A stretch of DNA of 17,025 nt. It comes from Ginkgo biloba. Taxonomy: Eukaryota; Plantae; Ginkgophyta. This document shows, piece by piece, positions 10,915 to 17,025 of this stretch (position 1 is the stretch's first letter; each line of letters begins with the position of its first letter). The translations under genes and the position numbers were made by a program. The notes under the pieces were generated by a model. The model did no database searches and was not told where the DNA came from. It saw only the letters and a list, made by a program, of their open reading frames with translations. The DNA is taken from NCBI GenBank assembly GCA_024626585.2, contig JANKJI020000004.1, forward strand, positions 137,696,829 to 137,713,853. The letters run 5' to 3'.

Positions 10915-11168
10915 CTGCATCGAAGAAAACATATCCACTAAATCCATCATAACTTGAATACTAAAGCATCATAAACAGCAGCTTGATCACTGGTCATTCA
11001 ATCTCCCTCAAAGCAAACTACACTGTTTACAATAAAATCCTTCTCTTTCAATTTTTTTCAAAACCGCCTATAAACATCTTTTTCAACCTACTAAAAGATC
11101 AAATCAAAACAAATAAAACTAATTGGAACAAGTAAAAACAATTCTAAATATAATAATCACCACCATAC

Positions 11169-11302
11169 ATTATGTGGTCCGATGATTGTTCCTGTCCAGG
11201 ATCTCATATAGATATCATCCCCATCATCCATTCCATAGCTGACAGTCCCATCACCAAAGCCTTTCTCACCTCTTTCAAGCTCTTCCAACAACCGAAAGTT
11301 TT
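11169..11302 (-). CDS. UEV1: UEV1/MMS2 family, coding exon 2
   Basis: Encodes [44 protein letters not shown] with donor |gtatgg. The only nearby frame-compatible acceptor is ttatag|AA AAC (phase 1), so the 5' boundary is slightly uncertain. Confidence 0.94.
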
Positions 11303-12119
11303 CTATAACACCATAGAGGCCCTAGAATCCACTCCTAGAAATAAGAGTCGATCCACCATTACATAGCCAAACAGCCAACAAGTTAAGCAGGTACAAATCC
11401 CTAGATGCCTTCAAGAGGGCCTTCATTGTCCTTAGATTGAAAATGTGCTGTCATTCCCAAAATCATCTCATTTTTCTCATATGTCTCCTTATCTTTTATT
11501 TCTTGTTTACAATACTACCATTTCTAACACTGTTCACAGTTAAATCAAATCAGCATGAGAAATAGGATCGCAACACTAACTTCGCACTACAGCATGTGCG
11601 AGTGGTGGTGTTCTTTTCGAATTTACCCCAAAAATCCAAATCCGCTCTTTCTAGAACAAAAGACAACAACTCGGGGTTGCAGTGCTATCCATTTAAGGGC
11701 TGCTTCCCACAGATTGTTAAGGTGAATCTCTGAAACAATGTATCAGGTGAATGATCTAATGCGCTATTGCTGAAATCTATCTTAACATAACAGTGTATAC
11801 GAAGTATCCCTAATGATGTCAATATTTAAAAGCATGCACTACAAATCAAAGTGGCTACCGTCCAGATAACCTAACAGCCCTGTACAGGTCTCAGGAGCAT
11901 TTCATACATTGCAAAGCCACATTGACTTGAGTTTTATTGCTCTCAGCTTCTGTTAGCAGACATTTATTTAACAAATTACGTGCGCTCTGTGAATTCTCCA
12001 CAATTGTGGCTCATTTACATTTTGGGGGATTATTTGATCATAAACATGATGGATTCCATTTAAAATGACATAATTTTCAAGGAAAGTGTGTGAGAATTGC
12101 TAAGGTGTAAAGGACTTAC

Positions 12120-12144
12120 CAACAATGGAAGACTGGTTTGCCAT
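12120..12144 (-). CDS. UEV1: UEV1/MMS2 family, coding part of exon 1 (MANQSSIV+G)
   Basis: ATG GCA AAC CAG TCT TCC ATT GTT G|gtaagt has a consensus donor in phase 1, matching exon 2. The peptide resembles the ..SSVVV N-terminus of plant UEV1. Intron 1 would be 817 nt. Confidence 0.8.
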
Positions 12145-14329
12145 CCGATGGAAACAGGATCGATCCTAGCAGAGTATGCAAGATGGTCTTGATCAATGAT
12201 CCCCGCACGCCGACTATACGTTAGAATTCCCTGGAATAACCTATTTAATCTTTTGAAGTCATCAAGCCTACTTATTTCAAATATTAGGAATTACGTATTT
12301 CTCTCCATTAGCCAAGACTTGGAAACCAAAGTCTACATCGGTGATTCGTGTTACATGGATTTGTGGATGACTAAATCGGGCCATGGTGATAGGGATGGTG
12401 ACATTGTATGTGGAGGCGATGTGACTATTAGATGGGAAATTTGTCATTGGTTTGGAAAGAAAACAATAAAATGGCCATAAATAGGAAATGCTCAAAAGAT
12501 AATCCTAGGCATGGTGTCGTCATGATGAATGCCTTTTCTAGTATAAGTGATGTGACTACGAGATTTAAACATGTAACAAAGTGTTGGTAAAAAAAACGTT
12601 GAAAGAGGGGATAATGGGAAGTCCAAGTTTGCTAAAATGCATGCTTTTGTTTGGTTCGCTGTATATTGTCTTTGTGCATGATAAATGCACATAACAAAAT
12701 TCATGACCATTGGTTGGCTATATGCGCAACACNNNNNNNNNNNNNNNNNNNNNNNNNNNNNAACAATTAAATTAGGCTTAGATTAGATGGGCACTAGTAC
12801 TTCATCCTGCCTTATTACAGGGCAATGTATCTAACCACCAGATACCACTATCTTAGGGTGATGGATAGGTGCTTATAAGGGCAAAATACCTTTATCTTTC
12901 CTATATTCACTTCTTGTTAGCGTTGTTGTAAGAAAAATAAAGTACATTTATGTGAACATTAATATTGTAAAGTTACTACAACATATTTAATCGTAGAAAC
13001 TTTAAAGAAAGGAAGAGAATCATGGTTAGTCAAGCTTCGTATAATGATGGAAACTCGTGTTCCTATCAATATGTCCACTTGTGATTATAATTCTTTTATA
13101 GTATTGGGTATTAATGTGGACAAAAGTAGACTATTGTGTAGGATTGAAGACTATTGATTTGCTTCTACGCTCTTAATTAAGGTTTAACCCCAAAAGTGAA
13201 AGATAATATTGATGTCATTCATCTTATATGGAATATTATTATGGGCATGCTTTGTCGCAAAGAAAGAAGATGCTCATCAACTTAACTTGGACTTAGTTCA
13301 CCTTGTGTCTAGATAAGGAATGACTCGAGGGTGTTATTCCCTATGTGTGCTTGAAAATAATATAAATGAATGTTAAATGCTTTTGACTTGACCGTTATAT
13401 ACTTGTTATTTTAAAGTAGGTGAATGTTCAAGTGTAGGTTGATACTTGGAGAATGCACTATAAAAACATGAATTATCATTTTATTCTAGTATTAAAATTT
13501 AATAAGGGTATTTGTCCTCAACAACAAGCATATTTTATATGCCAAAACCTTTGTTATTTGATAATAAATACCTAATTATAGTCTATATAGTAGTGAAAGA
13601 ATGATCCCTTGGTTAAAATATATTAATGCATGCATCTTGATGAAGGCGTCTATGCCCATTGAGGTGTGCCAAATCACATTGCATATTTAAATATATCATA
13701 AATGTGTAATCAAAGTATAGGAGAATCAAACCATAAGGAATATTTAAGCACTTTGTAAATGATCAAGTGAATCAAAGCAGGATTGGATGTCCACTAGGCA
13801 AATTGGTTGATTATGGCATATTTCTTTACCAAAAGTTGTAATTTGATTGATGCATATCTAAATGGAAAAAATGTAAGAAAGTAAAGATATTCATGAAGAA
13901 ATGCAAATTGTCAAGAATTTTACATTTTTTGTGGCATATAGGTGCTGGATTGCTTAGTGTACCTAAGAGAAGGAGGGTGTGAGGGTAGGGGAATATAAAA
14001 AATGGAATAAGGATGTCTTGGAAATGAGCAAGGACACCAAATAATGTCAACATGTATTATTTTTCCTATACTGAATAATATAGTATTAAGATTGAATTCT
14101 ATTATAGATAATGATATGGTCATAGTTTTCTCTAATTGAACCTGAGCCAATTCATATTAGTCTCTATAGACATCAAAAGAGTCCCCCCTTGAAAAGACAC
14201 ATAATGTCAAGTACCCAACTTGCAAATTAAAAGTTTTTAAGATTTGTAAAATGAATTGGATTAGTAAAGAATTAAAACTGAACCAATTGCCATTGGGAAA
14301 AAAAACTCTATATACAAAAAAATTAGATA

Positions 14330-14350
14330 TTGGACTCATCACCCCCCTCA
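14330..14350 (-). mobile_element. Possible PPT/3' LTR junction (LTR starting TG at 14341, running leftwards)
   Basis: The minus strand reads TGAGGGGGG-TGATGAG. This is a motif match only; no partner LTR was found. Confidence 0.3.
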
Positions 14351-14949
14351 TTAATAGGAACAACTACTTTTATTCATAAGAAAATATCTATCACATCGTG
14401 AATTCATACATCTCTATATACCAAGAAAATTAATATATAGATTAANNNNNNNNNNNNNNNNNNNNNNNNNNNNNNNNNNNNNNNNNNNNNNNNNNNNNNN
14501 NNNNNNNNNNNNNNNNNNNNNNNNNNNNNNNNNNNNNNNNNNNNNTAAAATTATGGCTTTGAAAAGGTAAGTTAGGGAGAAAAGGAACAAGAAGGTCACT
14601 TTCTTGCAAAGGTCCAAGGAGGAACCTTATACCTCCTCCATTAGGTGGCATATGCAGATTATGATGATTTGGTAGTTAATGAGCAAGAGATACAATTTAA
14701 AAATCCCATAGAATAAGAGTTAAATTTCAACATGTTGAGTTACAGTGGTGAAGAAATTGACCCAAGTGAAGTACAGATGATAGTGCAGACCAAGGAGAAG
14801 AGAAAAAGTGCCAAGGTTCATGGGTCCTCCAGTCACTAGTCTTTCCAAAATTCTACTTATCAAAATTATAATGATTCTCATAGGGTTACTTCAACTCTGA
14901 ATCCACCTTTCACTCTAAGGACTAATTCCTCCTCTAACAAAGCTTTGTA

Positions 14950-15906
14950 TTTTTTAGAATATGATATCTTAAAATATTTGTGGAGATATCCCGCTTTAAT
15001 GAGCCTTTATCAAGTAATGAAATTGTCACGCCAAAAAGAGTGGATTGATAGAATCCCTACAAATAGATGAAAAGAAGCTCAAGGCCATGGTGGAATAAGA
15101 AATTACTAAATTCATGGTTCTTAGTTTAAGGGTCCAGATTCCCCGCTTTTGTATATCCCTTAAGATAGATAATTTCATACTCTAAAATTGCATTGTTGAT
15201 ATGGGAGCGACGTATAATATCATGATTTATTCTGTCATGAAGGCTTTGAGGCTCTAGGGAATTTGAACTAATCAAGGAACAAGGGGGATGGACTAAAAAA
15301 CTATAGTTATAATTGGTGAAATCAAATATTTGGTGGTGAATATGGTTGTTGGTTCTAGAATAGTGACGGTGATTTCAATCGTAGTGGTCAATATGCCTCT
15401 GGTATATGGGATGATTTTGGGTTGTGAATGGATAGATGAGACAAGGGTAGTCATCAATACAAGGATGGTCACCATTACCTTCCCTGAAAATAAAGACCTT
15501 ATTACTCTTTCAAGGGAAGGTAAATATAAACATCTTGTACATGATACGGAAGGTAAGGATGCCAACACCTCATATATTCTTGGAGGAATGGGTATATATA
15601 TTATGTTCTTGGAGGACAATGATGATCTACCAACTAGTGAAGAAGAGAATTATGAAGCTAATACTAGGAGGAAAGTTTGTNNNNNNNNNNACTTTTATGG
15701 TATAAATAAAATATTTGGGACTAGTGTGGGAGTATATCTCCATGCACCTAATGGAATAGTCTATACGTTTTCATATAGATTGAATTTTGAATGTACTAAT
15801 AATACAACCAAGTATGAAGCTTTAATACTTGGGTTATCAAAAGAAATAAATATGAAGGTGTATATTCTCCAAGTTAAAGGAGGTTATGAGCTAGTAATTA
15901 ATTAGG
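14950..15906 (+). mobile_element. Decayed Tat-clade Ty3/gypsy pol fragment: aspartic protease followed by additional (archaeal-type) RNase H
   Basis: The frame from 15135 reads QIPRFCISLKIDNFIL*NCIVDMGATYNIM...VVNMPLVYGMILGCEW (retropepsin, D at 15198). From ~15693 it reads FYG..GTSVGVYLHAPNG..FSYRLNFECTNNTTKYEALILGL..ILQVKGGYELVIN, matching the aRH motif FDG..GAG..CTNNxAEYEALxxGL..GDSxLVIN. In-frame stops are present. Confidence 0.88.
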
Positions 15907-16322
15907 NNNNNNNNNNNNNNNNNNNNNNNNNNNNNNNNNNNNNNNNNNNNNNNNNNNNNNNNNNNNNNNNNNNNNNNNNNNNNNNNNNNNNNNNNNNNNN
16001 NNNNNNAAGCTTCTGCTCTTGTGCCTCTACTTCTCTTCATCTCCTGATCATTGGAGCCTTGTCGATTATCTTTATCACTAAAGACTCTTCTTGATGGTTT
16101 TGCTCCCAGGCTTATGAAACTCTTATCAATTGTGGGCCACTAGTGATCTTTTCCTTAGCAGCTCTATTGACCACCTTCTTTATTGTCTTCTTGCCAAAAT
16201 TTCCAAAATATGACGAGGCTTCGACATCACCTCACTTGGAAGAATGTGCATGGCCATCCAACTTCCTTAATCAACGCTTCTATTAGTCCCCTAACTATCT
16301 TAAAGAGCTCCTCAAATTTATT

Positions 16323-16710
16323 ATGGCAGACTTGTCAATGCCATATGACTACCTCACTTGATGATTCTATTAGTCACCTTGTCCTCCCCTTGGTAGAATT
16401 GCCATTGCCCTATGACTACCTCAATCGATGATTTAGTTGGTTACCTTATCCTTCTTTTAGCAGAATTGCCATAGCCTTATGACTGCCTCAATAGATAATT
16501 ATGTCGGTCACCTTATCCTTCCATTGGCAAAATTTCCATCGCCCTATGACTACCTCAATCAATGATTATGTTGATCACCTTATCCTTCCTTTAGTAAAAT
16601 TTCCATCGCCTTACGACTGCCTCAATCGACAATTTTGTCGATTTTATCCTGACTACCTCAATCGATAATTATGTCAATATCCTTCATACTACCTCAAGCG
16701 ATGATTATGT
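16323..16710. repeat. 67-bp tandem repeat array (~5 units) decaying into two 36-bp-spaced subunits
   Basis: The core TAYGACTRCCTCA occurs at 16344, 16411, 16478, 16545 and 16612, an exact 67-bp period. The core recurs at ~16651 and ~16687 with 36-bp spacing. Confidence 0.92.
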
Positions 16711-16778
16711 TATTTTCCTCCCCAATCTCCTTATCCTCCTTTTTCCTGAACACAGATAAAAAGAAAGTGTTAAAACAA

Positions 16779-17025
16779 GGTGGTACCAATGTAAGATGAA
16801 AGAGAAACTCCTTTTTATCATTTTCACTTGATGAAGCCTATTTTAAAATGCTAGTCGGTTATTCAAAATTATTGTCGCTACATTGATCCTGCTAAAATTT
16901 ATAAAGTTGCTTATTTGAAGGCGTGTTACAGGGATACCCCCATATGTGCTCCTCTTCGAAGCTCTTGCACTTTTTTATTTTTTCCTTAATTTCTACTAAG
17001 CATAGCATGCACTAGTGACTTGCAC
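16779..17025 (-). mobile_element. Probable 3' end of a 5' LTR (..TTACA at 16790) and PBS-like TGGTACCACC of a minus-strand LTR retrotransposon
   Basis: The minus strand reads ..ATCTTACA-T-TGGTACCACC, which fits the LTR-terminal CA followed by a TGG-initiated PBS. Downstream lie the tandem array and a decayed protein-like frame (KFEELFKIVRGLIEALIKEV, 16320-16008). Confidence 0.4.

Noticed and set aside
11303-11359. Upstream ATG frame [18 protein letters not shown] as an alternative UEV1 start
   Set aside because: It ends in TAG and is out of frame with exon 2. The exon at 12144-12120 fits better.
11172-11366. Plus-strand 64-aa ORF
   Set aside because: It is the antisense shadow of UEV1 exon 2.
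12874-13520. Imperfect inverted motif AAGGGCAAAATACCTTTA / TAAGGGTATTTGTCCTC as possible transposon TIRs upstream of UEV1
   Set aside because: The match is short with several mismatches, does not extend inward and has no recognisable TSD.
16323-16710. Regularly spaced conserved motif that superficially resembles a CRISPR array
   Set aside because: The would-be spacers are homologous to one another, the context is eukaryotic and there are no cas genes. It is a tandem repeat.

Overview
This is AT-rich, gap-containing eukaryotic nuclear DNA from a land plant; the retroelement types suggest a gymnosperm-like genome (inference). The only host gene is a minus-strand UEV1/MMS2-family ubiquitin-conjugating enzyme E2 variant. 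Three coding exons were reconstructed by hand (12144-12120, 11302-11169, 10914-10789). The expected last exon is not visible and may lie in a gap or beyond a TE-filled intron of more than 10 kb. The rest is mostly decayed Ty3/gypsy material: a gag-protease-RT fragment, an integrase C-terminus, an extra ORF preceded by a splice acceptor and followed by a PPT/LTR, a Tat-type protease directly followed by an additional RNase H, and a probable LTR/PBS with a 67-bp tandem array. There is also a decayed plastid-derived insert (trnI-GAU 5' part plus a group II intron domain V) and a 119-bp foldback MITE with a 9-bp TSD inside an 18-bp minisatellite. I found no evidence for a large novel multi-gene system. 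The best leads are the foldback element, the altered UEV1 N-terminus and the uncharacterised retroelement extra ORF. All family assignments come from recalled motifs; no searches were run.
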